56,868 bases of DNA, from positions 1-56,868 of the forward strand of contig JAGMCR010000005.1 in NCBI GenBank assembly GCA_023129115.1, in the 5' to 3' direction. The position numbers and the translations under genes are program-made. The DNA comes from Candidatus Iainarchaeum sp. GTDB lineage: Archaea > B1Sed10-29 > WALL01. Each line of letters opens with the position of its first letter. Position 1 is the first letter of the stretch. The notes under the pieces were generated by a model. The model saw only the letters and a list, made by a program, of their open reading frames with translations. It was not told the origin of the DNA and ran no database searches. Below, in pieces: positions 27,479-36,220 of this stretch.

Positions 27479-28146
27479 GTGACGTAGTCTGCGATTATTT
27501 CGGATGTGATTAGCAGTGCCTTTCCGACTTCATCCTCGGAGCGCGCTCCGGTGCAGATGACCTTTCCGTTCTTGAAGAGCAGCAGCGACGCCTTCACGCC
27601 ATTGCTTTCCTTGGTCAGCTTCAGGATTGCGCCGGGGAACTGCTCGGGCTCGTACTCGATGGTGTCTACGGCGCGCGCCAAGGCAAAGAGGTCCAGCTCG
27701 ACGTTGAAGTTGGCTGACGCGACCATGTTCACAATCTTGATGTTGTAGGGGTTGTCGCCGGTAGCGGGCTCTGGCGGGCGAGTTGGGACGATGCGCTCGA
27801 ACAAAGGCCCGGTGCGCTTCACCTTCTTCTTGGGGGCTGCCTTCTTTTTCACCGGCCTTTTCTTTGCAGCCGTTTTCTTCGCGGGCTTTTTCTTAGTCAC
27901 TTTTTTCCTGGCGACTTTTTTCTTTGCCATCTTCTTCTTGGCGGGCTTTTTCTTGGTGACCTTCTTCTTCGTCACCTTCTTTTTGGTTGCCTTGCGTGCG
28001 GTTGCCTTTCGCTTGGTTGCCTTGCGCTTGGTTGTTTTCCTGGAAGTAGCCTTCTTCTTGACTGTTTTCTTCTTCGTTGCTGCCTTCCTCTTGGTAGTAG
28101 CTTTCTTCTTGGCAGTCTTTCTCGCGCGTTTAACAGTTTTGGCCAT
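27475..28146 (-). CDS. Single-repeat TBP domain fused to a histone H1-like Lys-rich N-terminal tail
   Basis: About 110 aa K/A/T-rich, then IVNMVAS..LDL..YEPEQFPG..LLFKNGKVICTGA; only one TBP repeat. Confidence 0.9.
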   Translation of the reverse strand: MAKTVKRARKTAKKKATTKRKAATKKKTVKKKATSRKTTKRKATKRKATARKATKKKVTKKKVTKKKPAKKKMAKKKVARKKVTKKKPAKKTAAKKRPVKKKAAPKKKVKRTGPLFERIVPTRPPEPATGDNPYNIKIVNMVASANFNVELDLFALARAVDTIEYEPEQFPGAILKLTKESNGVKASLLLFKNGKVICTGARSEDEVGKALLITSEIIADYVT

Positions 28147-28237
28147 AAAGCCATCACCTCGCCCTATTTATAAATGGATTCATTTATAAAGGAAACCCTT
28201 TTAAAGGGGGCGGCGACTAATACGCACGGTGTTTTAC

Positions 28238-28450
28238 ATGCCCGAATTCGTTACTATCAAGGCAGAAGAAGTCAAATACGGCAACAACTTCATTGAAGTG
28301 TCGCGCAAAAAGGTCGACGACAACGAGTTCCTCATGGTTTCAAAGGGATACTACGCCCAGGACGGCTCCAAGCGCTACAAGGGCGGGGTCGGCATCCCGG
28401 ACCGCGACGAGGTCAAGAAGTTCATTTCCGAAAAGCTCTTGCAAATGTGA
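28238..28450 (+). CDS. Small PC4/PUR-like nucleic acid-binding protein
   Basis: NEFLMVSKGYYAQDGSKRYKGGVGIP resembles the PC4 pattern LIDIREYW...KPGRKGISL, compared by eye. Confidence 0.6.
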   Translation: MPEFVTIKAEEVKYGNNFIEVSRKKVDDNEFLMVSKGYYAQDGSKRYKGGVGIPDRDEVKKFISEKLLQM

Positions 28451-28456
28451 TGCTGA

Positions 28457-29506
28457 ATGCTCGAGACCGTAATCCTTGGCAATACAGTGATGCAGTACAT
28501 TGAGGTAATAGGCATCGCGATAGGCTCGCTCCTCGCGGCCAAGGTGCTCTATTTCCTGTTCAAGAACGTCATTGGCGCCGCGGTCGCCAAGACCGAGACC
28601 AAGCTCGACGACGAGCTCGTGGACAAGGCCGAGGAGCCGCTCGTGCTGCTCGTCGTGCTGGCGGGGCTGTACTTCGGGATTACGCGCCTCTCGCTGGACA
28701 GCGGGCTGATGTGGGTGAACAATGGCACTTACCTCATCGTGGTAGCTGTGCTCACCTGGCTCGCGCTGCGGCTCGCTGACGTCGCCGTGAAGTTCTGGCT
28801 GAAGCCACTCGCCAAGAAGAGCAAGAGCAAGGTGGACGACCAGCTCGTGCCGATTGCCGACAAAGTACTCAAGCTGGTCATCCTCACGTTCGCCACGATA
28901 ATGGTATTGTCGCACTTTGGCTACAACGTGGACGCGCTGATTGCCGGGCTGGGCGTGGGAGGCATCGCGGTCGCGCTCGCGACCAAGGACTACCTCGAGA
29001 ACATTATTGGCGGGCTCACGATTTTCACGGACAAGCCGTTCCGCATCGGGGACCGCATCAAGGTCGGCGAGGTCGAGGGCACGGTCAAGGAAGTCGGCAT
29101 CCGCTCGACCCGGATAATGACGTTCGACAACACGCTCGTGATTATCCCGAACTCGCAGATGGTCACCAGCAAATTAGTGAACGTGTCCGAGCCGAACCGC
29201 ACGATTGCGGTCAAAATGACGCTTGGCCTGGTGTACAGCACAACGGTCGACCAGATGGAGAAGGCCAAGAAAATCATCAAGAAAGCGATTCTCAAGAACG
29301 ACGAGATTGACGAGAAGTACGAGCCGCTCATTTTCTTCAGTGAGTTCGGCGACTCCGCGCTGAAGCTCTGGGTGAAGTACCGCATCAAGGACTACAGCAA
29401 CAAGCTGACCATCACCGACAAAATCAACATGGAAATAAAGCGCGAGTTCGAAAAGGCAAAGATAGACTTCGCGTACCCGACGCAGACCGTGTACGTCAAG
29501 AAGTGA
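28457..29506 (+). CDS. mscS: Small-conductance mechanosensitive channel
   Basis: AGLGVGGIAVALA, KPFRIGDRI, IGIRST-like VGIRST, IPNS, FGDSAL, AYPTQTV. Confidence 0.95.
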   Translation: MLETVILGNTVMQYIEVIGIAIGSLLAAKVLYFLFKNVIGAAVAKTETKLDDELVDKAEEPLVLLVVLAGLYFGITRLSLDSGLMWVNNGTYLIVVAVLTWLALRLADVAVKFWLKPLAKKSKSKVDDQLVPIADKVLKLVILTFATIMVLSHFGYNVDALIAGLGVGGIAVALATKDYLENIIGGLTIFTDKPFRIGDRIKVGEVEGTVKEVGIRSTRIMTFDNTLVIIPNSQMVTSKLVNVSEPNRTIAVKMTLGLVYSTTVDQMEKAKKIIKKAILKNDEIDEKYEPLIFFSEFGDSALKLWVKYRIKDYSNKLTITDKINMEIKREFEKAKIDFAYPTQTVYVKK

Positions 29507-30779
29507 AGCACTGCTGGGCTGTGTTTTCCAAGAGGAACTTCCATACAGGCACTAGGCGTATTGTGGCCGGCCCAACGCCCTTCTTGGCTTCTTTCCCCTG
29601 GTAGACCAGCATGCCTTCTTTTGTCTTGTACTTTGACAAGAAGTATGCCAATGGATTTATGTCCACTTTCGAAATTCTTTCCTTGTTTTTCACTTCTATG
29701 GGCCACATTTTCTTGCCCTCTATCCTCAAGAAGTCTATTTCTTTGCCGTGCTTCCTCCAGTAGTGCCCGGCATTCAAGTAGTTGCCGACCATGTTCTCGA
29801 TTATTTTGTCGCGGTCCTCGGTATAGCAGTAGAGGAGGCTCCACCAGTAGGCGTAGACCCTCTGCAGCTTCCTGGACTCTGCGAAAATGCCTGGCCTGAA
29901 GTTCCGGACAATTCTAATCAAGTAAGAAAACTCCAGAAAAGAGATGTGGGTGTACAACGTCTTTTTGCTTATGCCCAGGCCCTTGGAAATGGTGTCGTAC
30001 TCCAGGTAAGTCCCCGGCTGGGTGTAAAAGATTTCAATAAGCTTCAGGAGCAACGGCGTGTTCACGTTCTTGAATTTCGCCGGCAGGTCTTCTTTCACGA
30101 TTCTGTCGATGATGGTCGACCTCAAGTAATCCTTTATCAGTAGAGGGTCCTCCCACCCAACAATCTCTGGAAACGTCCGTAATAGGTATCTTTCTGCCTC
30201 GGCTTTTATCTCGTCCTCCCAGAGGCCGGCGTTGTCGGCCAGGCCGCTTTTGCCCCTCATGTCCAAATACTCTGCGAAATCCAGTGGCCGGACCCTTATC
30301 GTGAAGTGCCTTCCCGCAAGGTCCCTGGCCACGTCTTTTTCCAGCCCCACGCTGCTTGACGAGGAAACAAGGAACTTGATGTTCGGGAATGCGTCGTAAA
30401 ACAGCTTTATTTGAGAGGACCAGCCATTGAGCTTAGAGACCTCGTCCAAAAAAACGAATATTTTTTCCTTCTTCCAGTCGACCCCAGTAATCCTGCCGTA
30501 GGCCGCCAGTACCTCGGCCAGTTCTTCAACATCTTTGTCAAAATTGAAGTACACAATCCTGGGTGGCTCGGCCTCCCCGAGCAAGTGCTCCATGGCCTGG
30601 TAGAGAAGGGTTGTCTTTCCCACCCGCCTAAGGCCCACTACTACAACCACCTGCCTTTTGTCCAACAGCCCCAGCAGGCCCTTAAAAGCCCTCCGCTTGT
30701 AGGGCTTCGCAAGCTCTTCCCCAACCCGCTTTTCTTTCCACCACGGGTTCAGCAGCTTTAGCGTGTCTTCTGTTCTCAT
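29496..30779 (-). CDS. AAA_14 plus DUF4143 ATPase with PD-(D/E)xK-like C-terminus
   Basis: NPWW, GLRRVGKT, FLDE, EIDFL..IEVK. Confidence 0.92.
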   Translation of the reverse strand: MRTEDTLKLLNPWWKEKRVGEELAKPYKRRAFKGLLGLLDKRQVVVVVGLRRVGKTTLLYQAMEHLLGEAEPPRIVYFNFDKDVEELAEVLAAYGRITGVDWKKEKIFVFLDEVSKLNGWSSQIKLFYDAFPNIKFLVSSSSSVGLEKDVARDLAGRHFTIRVRPLDFAEYLDMRGKSGLADNAGLWEDEIKAEAERYLLRTFPEIVGWEDPLLIKDYLRSTIIDRIVKEDLPAKFKNVNTPLLLKLIEIFYTQPGTYLEYDTISKGLGISKKTLYTHISFLEFSYLIRIVRNFRPGIFAESRKLQRVYAYWWSLLYCYTEDRDKIIENMVGNYLNAGHYWRKHGKEIDFLRIEGKKMWPIEVKNKERISKVDINPLAYFLSKYKTKEGMLVYQGKEAKKGVGPATIRLVPVWKFLLENTAQQCFTS

Positions 30780-30836
30780 AAACGTTCTTTAATGGAAACT
30801 AATATTTAAAGTTTTCGTTTCCAAATCGAAACTAAT

Positions 30837-30920
30837 ATCAACACCGAAATCAAGCGCGGGTTCGAAAAAGCCAAGATAAGCCTTGCATACCCGACACAAA
30901 CCGTGTACGTGAAGAAGTAG
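30837..30920 (+). pseudogene. Stranded divergent copy of the mscS 3' end
   Basis: Encodes INTEIKRGFEKAKISLAYPTQTVYVKK*; 68/84 nt identical to 29423-29506. Confidence 0.9.
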
Positions 30921-31868
30921 CTACTTCGTTTCAATTGGCTTCAGCCCAGCTTTCTTCCGAAGCTCGTTGAACTCTTCGACTGTGAGCTCTGGCCCCAGCT
31001 TAGCATCCCCCAAGATAGAGTTTATGCCCTGGAGTAATTGCTCGACATTTTGCCTCGGCACCTTTCCATCAGGAGAAAACTCCATCTGGTTCTCAAGGGC
31101 CGGGTGGTCCAGACCGCCTTCGATAATGTTTTCCCGTGTCAGTGGAACTCTTGTTGCCTCTTTTTCCTCGAGCTTGGCCAAATATTCTGCCTCGTCTTTG
31201 GATGTAGCACTAAGCAGCCGCTGGTATTCCTCAACATTGCCCTTGTGCTCGACTTTTTTCATGACGCCGTTGGCTACCAACTCCAGGCCAACACTCTTGA
31301 GCAATTCTTGGTCGTGCTGTGCAGGATAAACTAAGCCATCTTCACCCTTAACATGGAAGATATCGGAGAACTGGTTGTCCACGATAAGGCCTCCCTCCTC
31401 AAGATGGGGCAGCACGTTCGCGAGGACCTTCTTCATGTCGAACTCGTTAATGTGGGCAGCGCCAGTCATGACTGCGCTGAGCTTCTGGCCGGGCTCCAAG
31501 AAGTCTTCAATACTATACTTGTCGGCGTAGCCCTTCTCGCCACCTATTTCCAGCAAAGTCTTTTCCGTGCCGTTGTGGTTAAACGAATACTCGCAAGTGT
31601 CATTGATTTTTTCTCCGGGCTTGAGGCCGGTGATTGTGCCTGCCTCCTGCTCCTCTTTTAGCGGCTTGTGCGCAGTGTAGCCCTCGTGCTTATGGAAAAG
31701 GCCGGGGTCTTGGTTGATTGTCTTTTCACACTTCGAGAACAAGTCTCGGGCAACGGTAGTGGCGCCAGAAGCAATGTATAACGCAGGCCCGAACGATTCC
31801 TTCCCCTTCTCCCACTTTTTGATGTGCGGGCCGTACATCTTTTCGTACTTCTTCGGCTCAATCCCCAT
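30921..31868 (-). CDS. Hypothetical protein, possibly a divergent MTase fold
   Basis: LYIASG and VLPHLEEGGLIV motifs. Confidence 0.6.
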   Translation of the reverse strand: MGIEPKKYEKMYGPHIKKWEKGKESFGPALYIASGATTVARDLFSKCEKTINQDPGLFHKHEGYTAHKPLKEEQEAGTITGLKPGEKINDTCEYSFNHNGTEKTLLEIGGEKGYADKYSIEDFLEPGQKLSAVMTGAAHINEFDMKKVLANVLPHLEEGGLIVDNQFSDIFHVKGEDGLVYPAQHDQELLKSVGLELVANGVMKKVEHKGNVEEYQRLLSATSKDEAEYLAKLEEKEATRVPLTRENIIEGGLDHPALENQMEFSPDGKVPRQNVEQLLQGINSILGDAKLGPELTVEEFNELRKKAGLKPIETK

Positions 31869-31894
31869 AATGATAGTTAGCGCGCCAGAGCTTA

Positions 31895-32041
31895 TTAAGG
31901 CATTATAGCCGCGGGCCCGGCGTACTGCATGATAAACAACACGAGCACCGCGACGAAAGCAATTATCATCAGCGCCGCCAGCGGCTTGTCCCACCACGGC
32001 GGCTTTTCGTCTTTTTTTGACTTCATTGGAACAACAGCCAT
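31895..32041 (-). CDS. Small single-pass membrane protein (48 aa)
   Basis: MAVVPMKSKKDEKPPWWDKPLAALMIIAFVAVLVLFIMQY...; packs into the operon. Confidence 0.7.
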   Translation of the reverse strand: MAVVPMKSKKDEKPPWWDKPLAALMIIAFVAVLVLFIMQYAGPAAIMP

Positions 32042-32045
32042 ACAA

Positions 32046-32213
32046 TCACTTCGCCAAAGACTCGTCGACCTCAATAATCATGAACGGCGGAAAGGACTTG
32101 CCGCACGCGTTGCAGCGGTAGCCCGAGACCTCGCTCCCCGTGCGCATCGCGGTCGCGCCCTCGCTCTCAATCTTTTTCGAGCGGCAGAACGGGCAAACAC
32201 GAACAAACTTCAC
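32046..32213 (-). CDS. Zinc-ribbon microprotein (55 aa)
   Basis: CPFC...YRCNACGKSF; GTGA overlap with the upstream gene. Confidence 0.8.
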   Translation of the reverse strand: MKFVRVCPFCRSKKIESEGATAMRTGSEVSGYRCNACGKSFPPFMIIEVDESLAK

Positions 32214-32674
32214 AGCCTCCTCTCCAAACGCTTTCCTTTCTTCATGGGCCTAAACCCCATCTTTTCCCAGAACTTATGGACGCCCGCCGCTGGCGAGACC
32301 TCAGCCATCCGCCCGCCCTTGTCACGCAAGTGCTCCAGAGTCTTTTCGGCAAGCCCGGAGCCTATGCCCGCCTTATGGAGCCCAGTGTCAACGTCAAGCG
32401 CGCTTATGACCCACCTGCCCTCCCCCTTCGAGTGGGACAGGCTATAGCCAGTCAATCCACCGCTCTCCTCGGACACGAGAAGCCTGCCGTCATCAACTGC
32501 CTTCGAGAGGCTCGGGCTGTACTCAGACTCCACGAACTTCGCCATCTCCTCTTCATCCAGGTTCTGTGCCTGGAGAGGATCCAGCGGCAGAAGGTCAAGG
32601 CTGAAGCTGCCCGATTGTATCTTCGAAATAATCCTGTCGACATCACTCACAGTCGCCTTGCGACACTTTACCAC
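32210..32674 (-). CDS. GNAT family N-acetyltransferase
   Basis: ISALDVDTGLHKAGIGSGL, FWEKMGF. Confidence 0.85.
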   Translation of the reverse strand: MVKCRKATVSDVDRIISKIQSGSFSLDLLPLDPLQAQNLDEEEMAKFVESEYSPSLSKAVDDGRLLVSEESGGLTGYSLSHSKGEGRWVISALDVDTGLHKAGIGSGLAEKTLEHLRDKGGRMAEVSPAAGVHKFWEKMGFRPMKKGKRLERRL

Positions 32675-33600
32675 GGGTAAATCCCCTTCTTCATCAATGC
32701 GTCGCTCAAGTCCCTCTTCATCGCCAGCGCCGCGTCGCGCGCCGCCGCGTCGTACTCGCCGCCCTTCTTCTGGTACGCGAAAATAATCCCACGCGAAGAG
32801 TTCACGATTGCGCCGTAGCCGTCGTCGTTGAAGCACGGCATCGTGTCCATCGCTCCGCCGCCCTGCGCGCCGTAGCCGGGCACGAGAATCGGCGTCTTCG
32901 GCATCAAAAGCCGCAAGCGCTGCGCCTCGCCCGGGTAAGTCGCCCCCACGACCGCGCCGATTGAGGAGTAGCCGCGCTCGCCAACTACTTCCTCGCCCCA
33001 CTTGTCCACGAGCTTCGCCATTGCCTCGTACACGGTCTCGCCTTCCTTGAGGCGAAGGTCCTGCAGCTCGCCGCTCGATGGGTTGCTCGTCTTCACGAGC
33101 AGGAAAGCGCCCTTGCCGTTCTTCGCCTCGTCGACGAATGGCTTGACGCCATCGCTGCCGAGGTAGGAATTAACGGTCAACGCGTCCACGTAGTGGACGC
33201 GTGCCTTGCCCTTGATTGTGTTGACCTCGCCGAGGAATCCCTTGGCGTACGCCACCGCGGTCGAGCCAATGTCGTTCCGCTTCGCGTCCCCGATTACGAG
33301 GAGCCCGCTGTCCTGGGCGTACTTGCACGTGATTTGGAACGCCTCGACGCCGTACGGCCCGTATGCCTCGTAAAACGCCATCTGGGGCTTGACCGCGGGG
33401 ACAATGCCCTTGATGGCGTCAATGATTTTCTTGTTGAACGCGACGAAAGACGCGGCGACTGCCTGGGGCGTGTCGCCGAACTTCGCGACGCGCTCCTGCT
33501 TTATTGAGTCAGGTATTTGCGAGATGCGCGGGTCCAGTCCCACGACGCTCGGGTTCTGCTTTTTCTCGATTGCATTGAACAAGCGGTCGGCAAAATTCAT
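32668..33600 (-). CDS. pyrF: Orotidine-5'-phosphate decarboxylase
   Basis: VGLDP, DAKRNDIGST, VKTSNP, VVGAT, PGYGAQG, NSSR. Confidence 0.97.
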   Translation of the reverse strand: MNFADRLFNAIEKKQNPSVVGLDPRISQIPDSIKQERVAKFGDTPQAVAASFVAFNKKIIDAIKGIVPAVKPQMAFYEAYGPYGVEAFQITCKYAQDSGLLVIGDAKRNDIGSTAVAYAKGFLGEVNTIKGKARVHYVDALTVNSYLGSDGVKPFVDEAKNGKGAFLLVKTSNPSSGELQDLRLKEGETVYEAMAKLVDKWGEEVVGERGYSSIGAVVGATYPGEAQRLRLLMPKTPILVPGYGAQGGGAMDTMPCFNDDGYGAIVNSSRGIIFAYQKKGGEYDAAARDAALAMKRDLSDALMKKGIYPW

Positions 33601-34913
33601 TACTCAAACCCCCTTTTCTTCCCCCAGCCCTTAGTGTCCTTGGTCCACTCAATCACGGCCTTCTTGTCCTCCGCCTCAATAAGCTTCTTTTCCTCGGCCA
33701 CGTCAAGGAGCGTGTTGATGTCGGACAAAGTGAAAATCTCGACTCTTTTTTCCTTGAATGCCTTAAGGCCGGCCTCCATTTTGTAAGTAAAAATCGCGAT
33801 TGCGTGGCTGACTTTCCCCCCGGCGTCCCTCACGCCATCAACCGACCCCAAGACACTGCCCCCAGTGCTAATCAAGTCCTCCATCATCAGCACCTTTGCG
33901 TTCCGCGGGATCTTGCCCTCGACCTCAAATATTTTCTTGCCCTTCTCGTCCTTTCTGGACTTTATGTAAACCATTGGCAGCCCCAGCCGCTCAGCAAGGT
34001 AAGCCGCGTGGGGAATGCCTGCGGTTGCGGTGCCCCCGATTATGTCAACATTTTGGAGGCCGATTTCTTCGACCACAATGTCAACGCACGAGTCAATCAC
34101 TTCCTTCCACTCGTCAGGATAAGAGATAAGCAAGCGGTTGTCCGTGTAAATCGGGCTGTAAATCCCGGAAACATACCTGAAAGGCTTCTTGGTGTTGATG
34201 GAGACCGCCTTAATGCCCAGCAAGATTTCGGCAATCCTCTTTTTGTGCCTCTCCTGCCTCTTCTTGATTTGTTTCTTCCTCTTGCCGGCCCACGCGGCAG
34301 AATCCTTCTGCCACTTCCTGATTTCTTCCCTTCCCTCCCTCGTTAAAGTTTTCTTCACGAAAGCAACGTTCACCACCGTGTCCAGGTCAGTTAACACGGA
34401 ATACGGAATCCCTTTCTTCTTAAGGAACGGCTCGACAATCCCCATCTGGTTCGAGTGAATCGCGGAACAAAACGCGACTTCACAGCTCGCTCCCTCCAGC
34501 GCATCAACTGCGTTTTCCACGTGCCCCTCAGTGCTAAGAATGTCGGAAACAATCAATGCCTTTGAGCCCTTGGGCACAATCCCCTCAATCTGCTTGCCTT
34601 TGCCGTGCCCTTTAGCTTTATCGCGCACGTAAGCCATCGGCAAATGCAGGTACTGGGCCACATAAGTGGCGAGTGAAATCCCCGCATGGCCAGCACCAAC
34701 AACCACGGACACGTCTTTTTTGCGGATGGCCTCCATCGCGTTCTCAACCAAGCCATTAATCACCATTCGCCTTTCCTTGGGGAAATAAGTAATGCGCCTC
34801 GCGTGTATCCATACCGGGCTCAGCACACCTGAAGCGTACTTGAACGGCTCCGTGGGATTAATACTGAAGGCCCCAATGTCCAAAAGGACTTCTGCATAGT
34901 CTTCCTTGTTCAC
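33600..34913 (-). CDS. pyrE: Tandem two-domain orotate phosphoribosyltransferase
   Basis: Two PF.Y.SG..SP repeats; PRPP motifs VSDILSTEG and MEDLISTGG; GTG start after GAGGTG. Confidence 0.9.
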   Translation of the reverse strand: MNKEDYAEVLLDIGAFSINPTEPFKYASGVLSPVWIHARRITYFPKERRMVINGLVENAMEAIRKKDVSVVVGAGHAGISLATYVAQYLHLPMAYVRDKAKGHGKGKQIEGIVPKGSKALIVSDILSTEGHVENAVDALEGASCEVAFCSAIHSNQMGIVEPFLKKKGIPYSVLTDLDTVVNVAFVKKTLTREGREEIRKWQKDSAAWAGKRKKQIKKRQERHKKRIAEILLGIKAVSINTKKPFRYVSGIYSPIYTDNRLLISYPDEWKEVIDSCVDIVVEEIGLQNVDIIGGTATAGIPHAAYLAERLGLPMVYIKSRKDEKGKKIFEVEGKIPRNAKVLMMEDLISTGGSVLGSVDGVRDAGGKVSHAIAIFTYKMEAGLKAFKEKRVEIFTLSDINTLLDVAEEKKLIEAEDKKAVIEWTKDTKGWGKKRGFE

Positions 34914-34924
34914 GTCAAACACCT

Positions 34925-36220
34925 CTAGTAAGTATAAGCCTCCACGCCAACAGCGGCGCCGAACTCGCCGTCGAACACGACTTCGCCGTTCACGATTGTG
35001 TGCGTCGGCACGCCCTGCAGCTGCAGCCCGTCGTACGGCGTCCACCCGCACTTTGAAACAACGTCCTCATTTGTAATGGTTTGCTTTGCGTCCATGTCAA
35101 CAATGGATATATCCGCCGCAAAGCCCTCGCGGAGCTCGCCCCTGCCCTCCAACCGGAAAATCCTGGCGGGATTCGTGGTCATGCGCGCCACCATCTCCGG
35201 CAGTGTCTCCATGCCCTTGTTGACGGCGTCCAAATGCAGCGGCAGGAGCGTCTCCACGCCCGGCACCCCCGCAGGCGCGTGCCAGTAGTCCCTCTCCTTT
35301 TCTTCCCTGGTGTGGGGGGCATGGTCCGTGCACCAGCACGAAATCAATTTCCTGTTCGCCCACAGCGCCATCCTGTCCTCGTGCGAGCGCAGCGGCGGGT
35401 TCATCTTGGCATAGTTCCCCAGGCGCCTCATGTCGTTGTCCTCGAGGACCAAATGGTGCGTCGTGGCCTCGCACGTGATTCTCCCGCCAGCCATGCGGAC
35501 CACGTCCAGCTCCTGCCTCGTGCTGATGTGGCAGATGTGCAGCCGGTTCCCGACCTCCTTGGAGATGATTGCGGCAAGCGAAGCCGCTTCGCCGGCGACG
35601 ATGTTGCGGCGAATCCGCGTGTGGACAATGGGATCGCCCTCGCACGCCCGCTTCGCGTCGCGCGTGAACTTGTTGATTAGCTCGTTGTTCTCGGCGTGGA
35701 CGGCCACGACGTGGCCGCCGATTTTGGCCGCGTGGAATACCTTGTACAAGTCCCCGGTGTCCGGCACCAGCAGGTCGCCGGTGGAAGAGCCCATGTGGGC
35801 CTTGACCGACGCGATTCCGGTGGCGTCGCTGATTTCTTCCATGTTGTCCGCGGTGGCGCCGAAGTGCAGGCCGTAGTTCACGAGGCTCTTGCCCGCGATG
35901 GCTTTTCTTTTTTTGTCGAGCAGCTTTTGTGTGGTGATGCTGGGCTTGTTGTTCGGCATGTCGAGGACCGTCGTCACCCCGCCCTTTGCCGCGGCGCGGG
36001 ACCCGGTCTTCCAGTCCTCCTTGTACTCCTCGCCAGGCGTCCGGAAGTGGACGTGCGGGTCGATTACGCCGGGCAGCACGAGCCTGCCGCTGGCGTCGAT
36101 TGCCTTGTCGCCCTTGAGGTTCTTCCCGATTTTCTTGATTCTTCCTTTGTCGCAGAGCACGTCGGTCGACACGAGGCGACCGCGCGTGAACACCTTGCCG
36201 TTCCGGATGGCGAGGCTCAC
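34925..36220 (-). CDS. pyrC: Dihydroorotase
   Basis: PGVIDPHVHFR, DMPNN, KMNPPLR, TDHAPH. Confidence 0.95.
   Translation of the reverse strand: MSLAIRNGKVFTRGRLVSTDVLCDKGRIKKIGKNLKGDKAIDASGRLVLPGVIDPHVHFRTPGEEYKEDWKTGSRAAAKGGVTTVLDMPNNKPSITTQKLLDKKRKAIAGKSLVNYGLHFGATADNMEEISDATGIASVKAHMGSSTGDLLVPDTGDLYKVFHAAKIGGHVVAVHAENNELINKFTRDAKRACEGDPIVHTRIRRNIVAGEAASLAAIISKEVGNRLHICHISTRQELDVVRMAGGRITCEATTHHLVLEDNDMRRLGNYAKMNPPLRSHEDRMALWANRKLISCWCTDHAPHTREEKERDYWHAPAGVPGVETLLPLHLDAVNKGMETLPEMVARMTTNPARIFRLEGRGELREGFAADISIVDMDAKQTITNEDVVSKCGWTPYDGLQLQGVPTHTIVNGEVVFDGEFGAAVGVEAYTY

Noticed and set aside
27752-28189. Phe-rich 'membrane protein' ORF
   Set aside because: Antisense of the Lys-rich tail of the half-TBP.
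29423-30920. DGR template/variable repeat pair (also considered for the GT4 duplication)
   Set aside because: Mismatches are not adenine-specific, are mostly synonymous, and no reverse transcriptase is present.
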